Source of the DNA: Malacoraja senta
Lineage: Eukaryota
Direction of reading: 5' to 3'
NCBI GenBank assembly: GCA_038087875.1
Contig: CM075987.1
Span: 22,012,001-22,072,000, forward strand
DNA length: 60,000 nucleotides
Part shown: in pieces, positions 37,940-51,123 of the stretch
How the letters are laid out: each line of letters begins with the position of its first letter
Position numbering within the stretch: the first letter of the stretch is position 1
The notes under the pieces: model-generated
The model's database searches: none
Told to the model about the DNA's origin: nothing
The model's input: only the letters and a program-made list of their open reading frames with translations
Translations under genes and position numbers: made by a program

Positions 37940-38406
37940 CAGGGGTCGGCAACCTACGGCCCCCGGGCCGAATGCGGCCCGTAACCCGAAATCACCCGGC
38001 CCGCAGGCGGATTTTTCCCCCCGTAATCATCCGGCCCGCCGGGCGCCCCGAGCAGCGGCCGAGCACGCCGAGCTCTGACTGTACCGCATCTTGCGCAAAG
38101 CCGCTGGCACGGACGCGCACCTTCTGTGAACACGTTTAAGAAAGAACTACAGATGCTGGAAAAATAGAAGGTAGACAAAAATGCTGGAGAAACTCAGCAG
38201 GTGAGACATGCAAGGATTGCATGAGGCTGCCTCACCTGCTGAGTTTCTCCAGCATTTTTGTCTACCTTCTGTGAACATGTGATTTGATGTCTGCCATCCG
38301 GGGCGGGATGGGGCGGGATCCATATGTACACGTGATAGATGTGGCCCGCCATCCGCTCACAGACGTGCGTCCTGGACCCTATGCAGAACAAGGTTGCCGA
38401 CCCATG
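37940..38406. mobile_element. hAT (Charlie-type) MITE with 8-bp TSD
   Basis: TIRs CAGGGGTCGGCAACCT / AGGTTGCCGACCCATG; TSD AAGTAGAG at 37932-37939 and 38407-38414; GGCCCG subterminal motifs; CpG-rich. Confidence 0.93.
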
Positions 38407-38467
38407 AAGTAGAGTATAGAATCTCTGGAAAAAATACGAAGATGTTGCTAGAAAAGCACAATAGCCT

Positions 38468-38772
38468 GGGGGTGGCATGGTGGCGCAGCGGTAGAGTTGC
38501 TGCCTTACAGCGTCAGAGATCCGGGTTTGATCCTGACTATGGGTGCTGTCTGTACATATTTTGTATGTTCTCCCTGTGACCGCATGGGTTTTCTCCAGGT
38601 ACTCTGGTTTCCTCCCATATTCCAAAGAATGTTTGTAGGTTACTTGGCTTCTGTAAATTGGCTCTAATGTCCTGGATAGAACAAGTGTACGTGTGATCGT
38701 GGTCGGCGTGGACTCAGTGGACCGAAGGTCCTGTTTCCACACTGTACTTCTAAACTAAGCTAAATTAAACTG
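38468..38772 (+). mobile_element. V-SINE (HE1-like)
   Basis: ggtggcgcagcggtagagttgctgcc...; tail ctaaactaagctaaa. Confidence 0.9.
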
Positions 38773-39202
38773 AATGACTAAAACTTTAAGTAAAGTTTAA
38801 ATGAGGCGTGACTTTTTCTCTGGAAAAGAATATAAGGATAATCTAATAGGGTTAAAATTTATGATTGAGTTTGAGAGGAGAATTCTAAAGGAAATGTTTC
38901 AACTTGATGGCGTCTAAAATCATGCAGCCACAAATTAAGATGGTCACCAGTAAATTCAATACAGAATTCAGGAGAAAAATCTTTATCCAGAATGTGATGT
39001 GAATGTGCCAGGGGAATTGTTGAGACAGATGACGTTGAAGACTTTAATGGTAAGCTAGATAAACACAAGGAAAAATATACTTTGAAAGGATTAGGCGATT
39101 ATATGAATGAGAGAGAACTCTAGTTTAGTCCAGTTGAGACAAAGGTGCAAACAATCCAAAGTAATGCCAACAAACCAAGTTTTGTCTCCTTTAAAACCAC
39201 AG

Positions 39203-39327
39203 GTACCTGCAGGTGATGCGGAAGTTGCAGAAAACATATCGAATGGAGCCAGCGGGCAGCCAAGGGGTCTGGGGCCTTGACGACTTCCAGTTCCTTCCCT
39301 TTTTTTGGGGCAGCTCCCAACTAATAG
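39203..39327 (+). CDS. PTPA: PTPA coding exon 7 ([41 protein letters not shown])
   Basis: Signature [19 protein letters not shown]; cag/gtaaag boundaries; 125 nt. Confidence 0.98.
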
Positions 39328-41819
39328 GTAAAGTACCATCATCAGTTTCCCCCCTTTCACCTGATAACTCTCCCTCTCCAACCCGACCCTCTGAACTCTT
39401 ACTACCTTCACACCACCATTTTTAACCAGGCTGGATCTCTATATTTCAGTACATTGATCCAGTTATCTCACCTTGAGTAATTTCAATTCTGGACACAGTA
39501 AATGTGGAACGGTATATTGGTCTTGGTTAAAGTAGAGTGCAAATTCAGCAGGTTGATGTCAGAGATAAAATTGTTAATTACAAGGAGAGATTGCATATTG
39601 TTTGGCTATCATTCCTATATAAGGATTTAGGACGATCTAATTGAGATGTTCAACATGTTTTTTTAAATAAATATTTCAGAGTAAATAACTATTTCCAATG
39701 GTAGGTGTCAGGATAAAGAGGACTGTACTTTACTATTAAAGATTGACACAAAATGCTGGAGTAGCTCAGCGGGTCATGCAGCATCTCTGGAGAAAAGGAA
39801 TGGGTGACGTTTTGGGTCGAGACCTTTTCTACAAATGCTGCCGAATTTTGTGTCTATCTTCAGTGTAAACCAGCATCTGCTGCTCCTTCCTACACACTTT
39901 ACTATTAAAGTTGGATAGTCGTGATTATTGTCAGCAGGCACTTTTTTTACTCGCAAGGTAATATAAATCCAATGCTGGTGTTCCCAAAGAGCTATTGTGG
40001 TTTTGGGTCAACTGTAAATGTTAGTGCGGTACTAAGATTGATAGATTTTTGTTATTAACCAATACAGTTATAGTTCACATTAGTCATGATATATTTGAGG
40101 GGCTGAACAGATTTAATGGGGTGAATGGCCTACTCATCACATGCACCATATGTGGTAGGAAGCCAGACTGAGGGGCAACTGTGAATGTACAACTTCAATT
40201 CACACATTAACATACAGGCATTCAGTCTTTTTTATAATTGCCATCTGCGTTCTTATTTTCCCATTGCTCAAAATTCTGAGCTCAATAGGTTGGGCTGGAA
40301 TTAGCTCCCTCATATATGACGGTTCTTTTCAGTTTGTGCCTGCTTTACCACAATTTCTTTCCCGACCACCCTGTATTGGCATACGCAGCCTCTGTCCATT
40401 GTTTCACATCCTACAGCAAACATCCATTCCTATCTCGCATAGAAAGACTTGAGAAATTGGACTGTTTTTCACAGGGGTCAATAAAGGACAGGAGTGATTT
40501 AACAGCAGTCTTCAAAATTATGGTAGTAGAATAGATATTTCACTTGGCACGAGCATCAGTAACTTAAGACCCCTAGTGGAGGTGAGGAGAATTTCCTTTC
40601 TAGTCCAGCAGGCTGTTATGACGTGGAATGCTTTGCCTGAAAGGGGTTGAAGGTGTGGGGCATTAAGTGGAGGGGGGGGTCGTTCATTTAGGAAGGAGAT
40701 GAGGAGGAATTTATTTAGTCAGAGGGTGGTGAATCTGTGGAATTCATTGCCACAGTAGGCTGTGGAGGCCGACAATGGGGATTTTAAAGGCAGAGATAGA
40801 TAGATTCTTGATTAGTACGGGTGTCGGGTTATGGGGAGAAGGCAGGAGAATGGGGTTAGGGGGGAGGGAGAGATAGATCAGCCATGATTGAAAGGCGGAG
40901 TACACGATGGGCCGAATGACCTCATTTTACTCCTATCTGTTATGAACTTATGAAAAGGATGCCAAAATACATTTCAGTGAGGAATTGGACCCTAGTTTAA
41001 TGTTACAAATTCTTATGTTCGATGTAATATAAACATGAAAAGTAAAAGTGTATAGAAGAGCAGGGAAACCAAGAGTAATTGGGACAAATTGGTAAAGTAG
41101 TTTCAAAGTAGCAGCAAAGACACAAAAGACTGGAATGAGCTTCTGTAAGTGTACTCAAAATCAAAATATCTAGAACATTGGAAGTGTGAAATAAAATAGA
41201 AAATTCTGGGGAAACGCAGCAGGCCAGACAGCATATGTAGAAGGGGTAAAGGTCAACATTTATTGTTTGTGAACTTTCGAATTGGAAAGGTTTGTACAGG
41301 TAACATGTTTGTTATTGAACGGGAAGTGGATGAGGAGGAGAAAATAAAAAATGAAAATAAAAAAATGGGGAGATCAGTGATAGGGTGGAATATAGGTGAG
41401 AATAAATGACAAAAGAATTGATAGTGCAGGAAAAAGGGGGTGGTAATTGGATGAGTAAAGAAATATAGGTTTTATGGGTATCCTGCAACCCAACTGCATG
41501 AATATTGAAGTATCCAATTTCAGGAACTGAACCTTTTAAATTGTCAAATCATAAGATGATCTGCTGTTTTCAAATGCGCCAAAAGTGTAGGAAATGATGG
41601 AGAAGAGCAAAGAGTGGATTGGATATTTAAAGTGATAGGTGTGCAGCTTGATCTTACTTCCCAATTGGAAAGTGTTCACAAAGCAGTCTATCTGCCCATG
41701 CTTTCAGTCAGTGTCTTAACTGGATGCACACAGGGGAGCCTTGGGGAAAATAAATCATATTTTTATTTACATGTTTTTATTTCAGGACTACATTTGAATT
41801 GTGTTCATATATCTTTCAG

Positions 41820-41920
41820 ATCACCCCACTCTGACACCGGTGCATTTTGTGGATGAGAAAATAGTAAATGAACACCACAAGGAATACATGTTTCTGGAAT
41901 GCATCAAGTTTATTAATGAG
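41820..41920 (+). CDS. PTPA: PTPA coding exon 8 (DHPTLTPVHFVDEKIVNEHHKEYMFLECIKFINE)
   Basis: Matches human DHPYLEPRHFVDEKAVNENHKDYMFLECILFITE; cag/gtgaga boundaries; 101 nt. Confidence 0.96.
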
Positions 41921-42159
41921 GTGAGAAGTCAAACCCCATGACCGTGACAGGGCAAGTTACTGCAGTGCATTTTATAGATGGTACATACTACAGCCACTAC
42001 TGCTGTATTGGTGTAAAACATGAATGTTGATGGGATGTCAGTCAAGTAGGCTGCTTTGTCCTGGATGGTATCAAGTTTGTTGAGAGTTGCTGGCACTACA
42101 CTGAGCCATGCAAGTGGAGAGTGTATCATCATTACCCTGATTTCCATAAAAGCACCACT

Positions 42160-44770
42160 TCTGCATGGAGAAATTGCCCCTCGGGTCTCTTTTAAATTGT
42201 TCCCTTCTCACCTTAAATGTATGCTCTTTCGTTCTAGCCTGCTTAACCCTGGGAAAAAGACTGTGACCATTCACCTCAACTAATGCTCTTATGATTTTGT
42301 TTACCTCGACATCCAATGCTCCATGGAAAAATGTCCATGGCTATCCAGCCTCTTCTTTGGCTCGCGAGGTTAGCTCGAGAGTCCTGGTAACATCTTGATA
42401 AATCTTTTCTGCACCCGCTCCATTTTAATGACATCCTTTCTATAGCAGGGTATTCAAAGCCACATACAATACTCAATACTCCAAATGTGGCCTCGCCATT
42501 GTCTTGTAAAGCTGCGGCGTGATGTCCTAATTCTTGCAGTCAATACCCTTATCGATAAAAGCAAATGTAGTGGCAATTTGGGCATTGCATGAATCTGGAA
42601 ATTAAAGATGCATATAACAATGGTTGGGGAAATCAAATTAGCAGTAATAACATGGAGGATAAATTCATAGACTTGTAAGAGGTGGTTTTCCAAATCATTA
42701 TGTTTAAGGAACTAGTTAGGGAGCAGAATATTTTAAATTTGGATATTGTGCAATGGGAAAGGGCTAATTAATTAGCTTGTAGTTACAGAATTTTTAGCTA
42801 AGCATGATTACAACATGATAGAATTTTATATTGAAAGTGAAAATGATTCAGTTCAATCTGAAATTAGTCATGAATCTCAATAAAACCATATAAAATTAGG
42901 AGGCTGTTGGTTCCAGCAGACTGGGAATTGACATAAAAAAGGTATGGCAGTTAACAAAGAATGTAGTTTACAACAAATATATACCCATTTAAGGCACATA
43001 AATTCTACTTGAAAAAAGTGGTTCTGACCAGAGAAGATAAAAGTATTATCATGTTGCCAAAAAGCAAAAAGCCTATGGATTGGGAAAATTTCAGAATTCA
43101 GCAATGGTGCACCAAAATATTGATAAGGGAGAGAAAATAGAATATGAGAGTAATATAGCAAGCCATATAAAACAGAATGTAAAACCGTATGGACAGATAT
43201 ATAAAAGAAGAGATTTGTAGGAACTAATATGGATCCTTGACAGACTGAAAAAAAATATTGTGGACTAACGAAATTAAAATATTTTACATCTGTCTCTACA
43301 GAATAAGCTCAAAACAAAACTCCTGGTGGAGAATGGCAGGTCCAGAATAATTGAGGAGTTGAAATTAGAGTATTGGAGAAGTATTAGTATTGGTGACATT
43401 TATGGGACTAAAAGCTGTTACATCTCCAGGATCTGATAACCTGCATCCTAAGGTTTTTCTTTAGAAAGGAGTGAGAGAAAATGGGGGACTACAGACCAGT
43501 TAGCATGACATTCGGGGGAAAATGCTAGAACTTATAATTAAGCAATGATAACTGGGTACTTAAAAATGGGCAGAATAAACATGGATTTACAAAAGAGAAC
43601 TCGTGTTTCACAGAACCTTTTGCATTTTTTGATGGTGTTCAAATGCGCCACATTCACAAATTCCCATTTATTTATCCTAGCAGGTTTTTAATAAGGTGCA
43701 ACACATACATTGTTAAGCAAATTTAAAGCATATGGGGTAATGCACTGGCGTGGATTGATTAACAGCCAGAAAACTTGAGATGGAGTAAATGGTCATTTTC
43801 TGGTTTAGAGACTCTAACTATTGGGGTGCTAAAGAGATCCGTGCTGGAGTCTGAGCTGTTCACACCCTATATTGATGAGGTGACCATGTGTAATTTTATC
43901 CATGTGTAGAAAGGAACCGCAGATGGTGGTTTGTACCGGAGGTAGACACAAAGTGCTGGAGTAACTCAGCGGGTCAGGCAGCGCCTCTAGAAAAAAGGAT
44001 GAGTGATGTTTTGGGTCGAGACCCTTCATGTTTGCTGAAGATATAAAGCTTTGTGGTGGAGTGAATTGTGAGGAAGTTGCAGGAAGTTTTCAAGGGAATC
44101 TGGACAGCCCAAGTGAATAGGTGAGCACATGGCAGATAGAATATGTTGTGGAAAAATGTGAGGTCATGCATTTGGGAAGGAAAAAAAAAGAAAATGGAAA
44201 GATGCTGGGGGTAAGAGGGACCTGGGCATTCTGGTTCACAAATCTTTGACAGTTACCCTGTAGCTACAATAATTAGCAAGGTAAATGATTTATTTGCTTT
44301 TATTGCAAGAGGATTTGAGTGGAAAAGTAAAGAGTTTTTACTGAAATTGGATAAGGGCTTTGTTGAGACCACAGCTGAAATATTGTTTATTGATTTAGTC
44401 ACCCCATCTTAGGAAGGATTCACTTGTGATGGAGGGAATACAACAAATGGTTACCAGATTGAATCCAGGGATAGAGTTTGACCTATGAGAGAGATTATCA
44501 GGCTTGACCTACACTCGCTTAAGTTTAGAATGAGAGAAATTTCTTATGGTATCGGACAAAATGAATCAAGCGATGATGTTTCTCCTGGCTCTGGCGTCTC
44601 AAACACAATTCGCAATCTTGGAATAAGGGATTAGTCTTTCAGAATGGAGATGTGAAGAAAGTTCTTCACCCACAGGGCAGCGAATGGTTGGAATTCTCTA
44701 TTCACGAGTGGCACGGAAGCTGACACTAAGTATATTTAAGGTACAGATTTGAATATTAAAGGTTATGTAT
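42160..44770. mobile_element. Highly decayed CR1 LINE fragments (- strand 42160-42560; + strand 42560-44770)
   Basis: Residual ORF2 nucleotide motifs (tctccaggatctgat, actacagaccagttagc, aaatgtgaggtcatgcatttgg). Confidence 0.75.
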
Positions 44771-44801
44771 ATATAAACATCACTGTTCTTCGCTGAACAT
44801 A

Positions 44802-46431
44802 CAGGGCCCTTCATAATGTTTGGGACAAAGACCCATCATTTATTTATTTGCCTCTGTACTCCACAATTTGAGATTTGTAATAGTAAAAATCACATGTGGT
44901 TAAAGTGCACATTGTCAGATTTTAATAAAGGCCATTTTTATACATTTTGGTTTCACCATGTAGAAATTACAGCAGTGCTTATACATAGTCCCCCCATTTC
45001 AGGACACCGTAATGTTTGGGACACAGCAATGTCATGTAAATGAAAGTAATTATGTTTAGTATTTTGTTGCATATCCTTTACATGCAATGACTGCTTGAAG
45101 TCTGCGATTCATGGACATCACCAGTTGCTGGGTGTCTTCTCTGGTGATGCTCTGTCAGGCCTGTATTGCAGCCATCTTTAGCTTATGCTTGTTTTGGGGG
45201 CTAGTCCCCTTCAGTTTTCTCTTCAGCATATAAAAGGCATGCTCAATTGGGTTCAGATCGGGTGATTGACACTCAAGAATTTACAATTATTTAGCTTTGG
45301 AAAAACTCCTTTGTTGCTTTAGCAGTATGTTTGGGATCATTGTCTAGCTGTAGAATGAACTGTCGGCCAATTAGTTTTGAGGCATTTGTTTGAACGAACA
45401 GATAGGATGTGTCTATACACTTCAGAATTCATTACACTACTAACAACAGCAATTGTATCATCAATGAAGATAAGTGAGCCAGTGCCTTCAGCAGCCATAC
45501 ATGCCCAGTCCATAACACTCCCACCATCATGTTTCACAGATGAGGTGGTATGCTTTGGATCTTGGGCAGTTCCTTCTCTACTTCATACTTTGCTCTTGCC
45601 ATCACTCTGATATGTTAACCTTCGTCTCATCTGTCCACAAGACCTTTTTTCCAGAACTGTGGTTGCTCTTTTAAGTACTTCTTGGCAAACTGTAACCCAG
45701 CCATCCTATTTTTGCGGTTAACCAGTGGTTTGCACCTTGCAATGTAGCCTCTGTATTTCTGTTCATGAAGTCTTCTGCGGACAGTGGTCATTGACAAATC
45801 CACACCTGACTCCTGAAGAGTGTTTCTGATCTGTCGGACAGGTGTTTAGGGATTTTTCTTTCTTATAGAGAGAATTCTTCTGTCATCAGCTGTGGAGGTC
45901 TTCCTTGGCCTGCCAGTCCCTTTGCGATTGGTAAACTCACCAGTGCTCTCTTTCTTCTTAATGATGTTCCAAACAGTTGATTTTGGTAAGCCTTAGGTTT
46001 GGCTGATATCTCTTAACAGTTTTATTCTTGTTTCTCAGTCTCGTAATGGCTTGACTTTCATTGGCACAACTTTGGTCCTCATGTTGATAAACAGCAATAA
46101 AAGTTTCCAAAGGTGATGGGAAGACTGGAGGAAAGACTAGGTGCTAAGAGCTCTCGTATACCTGCATTATGGAGGCATTTAAACACACCTGAGCAATTAC
46201 AAACATCTGTGTCCCAAAATTTATGATGCCCTGAAATGGAGGGACTATGTATAAACACTCATGCAAATTCTACATGGTGAAACCAAAATGTATAAAAATG
46301 GCCTTTATTAAAATCTGACATGTGCACTTTAACCACATGTGATTTTTTTCTATAACAAATCTCAAATTGTGCAGTATAGAGGCAAATAAATAAATGACGG
46401 GTCTTTGTCCCAAACATTATGGAGGGCACTG
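44802..46431 (-). mobile_element. Full-length Tc1/mariner transposon fossil with long IR/DR terminal repeats
   Basis: TA on both flanks; inverted repeats of about 225 bp (44802 to about 45027, about 46207 to 46431) with internal direct repeats taatgtttgggaca; length 1630 bp. Confidence 0.96.
45056..46082 (-). pseudogene. Frameshifted Tc1-type DDE transposase
   Basis: Motifs VLWTDETK, KHDGGSVMDW, QLDNDPKHT and SPDLNPIEH are present in order but no continuous ORF remains. Confidence 0.92.
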
Positions 46432-46620
46432 TACAAACATATGAATTAGGACCCCCTCATGGTGCTCAGTTTAATGAGATCATGGCTGATCTGATGGGAA
46501 GCTCAATTCCCTATTCCTGTCAATCTTTCACCCCCTTATAATGTGTGTATGTACTTCTGCTTAAAAATAATCAAGAACACTGCTTCCTCCACCCTTTGAC
46601 AAAGAGACTTTCAAAGATCT

Positions 46621-46945
46621 CGGCACGGTGGAGCAGGGGCAGAATGGTGGCGCAGCGGTAGAGTTGCTGCCTTAATGCACCAGAGACCCAGGTTTGATCC
46701 TGACTGTGGGTGCTGTCTGTACGGAGTTTGTATGTTCTCCCCATGACCATGTGGGTTTTCCCTGAGTGGTCCGGTTTCCTCTCGCACACCAAAGACGTAC
46801 AGGTTTGTTGGTTAATTGGCTTCAGTAAAGACTGTAAATTTTCCGTCGGTGTGTAGGATAGTACTAGTGTGTGGGGATCACTAGTCAGTGCACTCTCAAT
46901 GGGCCAAAGGGCCTGTTTCCGCACAGTGTCTCTAAACCAAACTAA
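46621..46945 (+). mobile_element. V-SINE (HE1-like) with duplicated head start
   Basis: cggcacggtggagcag followed by gggcagaatggtggcgcagcggtagag; standard core and tail. Confidence 0.88.
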
Positions 46946-48261
46946 AAAAAATCTCAACACAGAGAGAAAGATTTATCCTCATCTTTATCTCCGAGGAATG
47001 ATCTATATTTTTAAACACTGATCTCTAGTTCTCGGGATCCCCAAAAGAGGAACCATCTGCCGCCCACCCAACCCCTTAATAACTCCTCAGGATCTAATAT
47101 TTCAATCATCCCTTTCTCAGTCTTCTCAACTCCGGTGGTGTACACAAGCCAAGATATCCCATTCACCATGGGTATTAGACGAGTAAACCTTCTCTGAATT
47201 GCTTGTAGTGCAAGAACAATCTTAATTAAGGTGACCATTCTGTACGTTGAACTCCAGATGTGGTCTCATTTATGCACTGTGCAAGGATTTTACACATGCT
47301 GTTTGACCAGAGAATGGTTGTGGGTACCAGATCGGGTGCAGGGGTCCTAACGACATTCCAAGAGAATTTACTTCGGGGAGGCCAGTTGAGGATGTGAAGG
47401 AGGAAGGGACAGAGGAAAAAAAAGAGTTGAAAGTTGAGAAAACTGGTTTGGCACACAAAGTGTTACAGCTTGCATGCAAGTGGGAGGAGGACGAGTGAGC
47501 TCGGGTTTCAGTTAAACGGCAGAGGAAGCTTACACAGGAAGAAGGAAGCTTGAGGCCCCTGAGCTGCAAGAGAAATAGTTTAAAAGGGTCAGGTCCCTGG
47601 GGGGTGGGGGGGGGGGGGAGGACTGTAAAGCATGAAAGTAGTCACTGAGTAATTTCCTTCCCAAGATGGCTGCTATAACTGATTCCCCACGGACACCTCC
47701 ACCCGCTGCAATGTTTTGCTTTGAATCCAAAATAGCTTCCCTTCGCTTTGTAGAGATCCATTTTTCTCATGTGAAAAGCAGCAAAAGAACGATTGCAGCA
47801 GTGTGTTAAATATCGTCCAGCTCTGAACTCTATGTAGAATTTATACCCTAAGTTTTGTTGTTGTAGAAAAAAGGATTGGAGTGCAGACATTTAAAACATA
47901 AGCACAAAGCGCGTTTTCTTCTTTCCTTTTTGTCTAATGCTGCAGTTCCTTCATTTTTGATTTGCCTTTTTTCAAATCGAGATGTGGGGAAAAACTCAAA
48001 TAGTTTGGGTTTTCACTGGCTTCAGTGGTTTTGATTTGTGTGGAATGGGGAAATTGCTGTTTTGGGGATTTTTAAATGTTACGAAAATCAAAGAATGTGG
48101 GGTTAACGCAAGAAAGTGGTACACAAAGAAAAGGTTCGTCATGATCTTAATGAATGGTAGAACGGGCATGAAGGGCTGAATGGCTCCTATTTCTTTAAGT
48201 TCTTAAACAGAACCTTGGGTATTCTTCCAAATTCAGTGTTTCCTTCTCCTGTTTCCAACCT

Positions 48262-48625
48262 GATATGCAGTGGTATGAATATTGATTTCTCTAACTTCAA
48301 GTAACCCCTGCATTCCCTCTCCATCCCTCCCTCACCCAAGTCACACCAGCTTCTCATTCTCATCCACCCAACAGCTAACAATGAATGGCCTGTTTCCTTT
48401 ATCATCGTTTCCTTTTTTGCATATTTTTCATTCATTGGACTATATCTCTCTATATCATTGTCCATATCACTCGTTTCCCTAGGGCATGACCTTCAGTCTG
48501 AAGAAGTGTCTCGATCCGAAACGTCACCCATTCCTTCTCTCCAGAGATGCTGCCTGCCCCGCTGTGTTACTCCAGCATTTTGTGTCTATCTTCGGTTTAA
48601 ACCAGCAACTGCAGTTCCTTCCTAC
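48262..48625 (+). mobile_element. Penelope terminal fragment
   Basis: Reverse complement of the 14497-14810/16800 junction; includes ctgaagaagtgtctcgatccgaaacgtc. Confidence 0.78.
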
Positions 48626-49629
48626 AACAAACAACTCTGCCATGATCTAGGAAGATATCCTCAGTGAGGAGGATAGGTATTAACATAGAACCACAAGACT
48701 CAACCATGGCTCAGTAGGCAACAGTGTCACCTCTGAGTCAGAAGATTTGAAGGTTCAAACGTCATGCCAAAAATCATGATGATTAAGCCTAGTTTGACAG
48801 TTTAGTGTAGTTTTGTGTCATCTGATTAGATGTTAAACTAAGGACCTGGATGACAGGCATGAAGTTCCCATCACTGTTTAAATCCCATGTGTAGGAAGGA
48901 ACTGCAGATGTTGGTTTACACCGAAGATAGACATAACATGCCGGGGTAACTCAGCGGGACAGGTCGAGACCCGAAACGTCACCCATTCCTTCTCTCCAGA
49001 GATGTCTGTCCCACTGTGTTACTCCAGCATTTTGTGTCTATCTTCGGTGTACTGTTTAAATCTCGATCCTTCAGCCTATAGCACTATAGTAATTATGTTC
49101 ATTTTATACATTAGTACTTTTGGGTCCTTGCTGTCCTCAAACTGCTGCTTAGCAAAGCACTATGATTTGTGGTGCTATAGAAATGCAAGTTTTGGGTTTT
49201 TGTTTGCTGCTTTAGCAACAATGAGCAGGCTGCATTATGCGAACAGCCTCTGTGGTGAAGTCATTTCCTGACACACCGCTGGCCAGGGCCTATAGATATC
49301 GAGACAGAAGGAGACCTGCACTTGAGAGGTACTTTCCAGCACTGGCAGATGTTTCTGCTTGAGTGTGGCACGGATGTGTCAGGAAAGTAATGACACCCCT
49401 CTCTTTGTCATTAGGTAGGTCCATAAAAAACGCAAACTGGAATCTTTTGTTTCCAGACGACAGATTATAAAAGCAAGGAAGCGGTGTTGAACTTGTACAA
49501 AGCTTTAATTGGACCCACTCAGAAGTATTGACTAAAGTTTGAGGGCACTTCCACTATTGAAAAGTTGCAGGAAGAGATGAAGGTGGTGAATTTTTGACTC
49601 AATTTTACTCATTATTAGCAGTGAAGTTA

Positions 49630-49866
49630 AGGGCCCGTCCCACTTACGCGATTATTTCGGCGACTGCCAGCACCTGTCATGGTTGTGACAGGTCGCCGAC
49701 ATGTCGCGGGGTGACGCCTGTATGGTCGTGAGTAGTCGCCCAAAGAGTCATACCTTTTTCTGGTCGCCGCTGGATTTTCAACATGTTGACATTTTTTGGC
49801 GACCTGCTGCGACTATGACGGGTGCCGGCAAGTCGCTGAAAAAATCGCGTAAGTGGGACAGGCCCT
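49630..49866. mobile_element. PIF/Harbinger-type MITE
   Basis: TIRs AGGGCCCGTCCCACTTACGCGATT / AATCGCGTAAGTGGGACAGGCCCT with extended imperfect inverted arms; TTA on both flanks. Confidence 0.9.
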
Positions 49867-50934
49867 TTATGAAGAGGGACTTGAGAAAACACTGCTTTCC
49901 AAATTCAGACGGTTAAATTTGACATGATAGATATCTCCAAAGTTAAGATCTTATAAAGAATGACATGGATTTACAGCACAAAACCGGCCAAAAAAGTCTG
50001 AGCCAGTCTTCAGGTTCCACCCCAACCTCCCACTGCTTCTTCCCCTGTGACCCAATCACAATATTCTTCCATTCTCATTTCCTTCATGTACTTAAAGTAA
50101 TGTTCCACAATCTAGCCACTCTTTGGGTTAGGAAGATTCTCATAATTTCTTTGTTGTGACTACCTTTAGTTTTGAATCCCCATGTGAAAAAAATATTGTT
50201 TTACCCTATCAATCCCTTGCATACAGTGAGTATTAGGAAATCCGACTGGATGGTCAGAGAGCAATGAGGTATTTAGAAATAAGGAACTGCAGATGCTGGT
50301 TTACAAAGAAAAACATAAAGTGCTGGAGTAACTCAGCCGGTCAGGCAGCATCTCTGGAGGGCATGAATAGTGATGTTTTGGGTCGGGACTCCTTTTCCGA
50401 CTCCCTGCCTTTGAGATATATCGGTGGAAACCAGAACACACCGTGGAAACCCAAGCAGTCACAGAGAGATTATACAAACTCCACCAGCAGTCAGGAACTA
50501 ACCCGGGTCTCTGGCATGGTGAGACAGCAGTTCTACTCGCTGCACCACTGTGTGTTATGTTGCCGTTTATTTAAAGTCTATGACTTGAGATTACTGAGAC
50601 AATTATGAAATGAATTATTTTATCCCAAGCACTTCTAAAATCTGTTAGATTTCCCTCCACCTTCATTGCTCCAAGGAGAACATAGCACAATGTTGAAAGT
50701 TGCTGGCCAAGCAGGTCTGAACCATTGATCAAGAGACGTGAGCTTGAATCACATAGTCACAGTTGTGCAATTTTTGCTATTCAAGTTAAATAGCAATAGC
50801 TGCTATTTTTTAATAAACTAAAACTACCAAGTTTTTGCAAACTTGTTGTGAAACCCCACCTGTTTCCACTAAAGTCCTGTAATGAAGGAAATCTGCCATC
50901 CTTTCCCAGTCTGACCCATGTATGTTTGATTCCA

Positions 50935-51123
50935 AGGTAGACAAAAGTGCTGGAGAAACTCAGCGGGTGCAGCTGCATCTATGGAGCGAAGGAAATAGGC
51001 AACGTTTCGGGCCAAAAGGTTGCCTATTTCTTTTGCTCCATAGATGCTGCTGCACCCGCTGAGTTTCTCCAGCACTTTTGTCTACCTTCGATTTTCCAGC
51101 ATCTGCAGTTCCTTTTTAAACAA
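50935..51123. mobile_element. Fold-back (palindromic) Penelope-derived short element, 14-bp TSD
   Basis: Inverted arms of about 70 bp; TATGTTTGATTCCA at 50921-50934 and 51124-51137. Confidence 0.88.

Noticed and set aside
47339..47561. Possible hAT-like ends CAGGGG...CCCCTG
   Set aside because: The inverted match is very short and there is no flanking target duplication.
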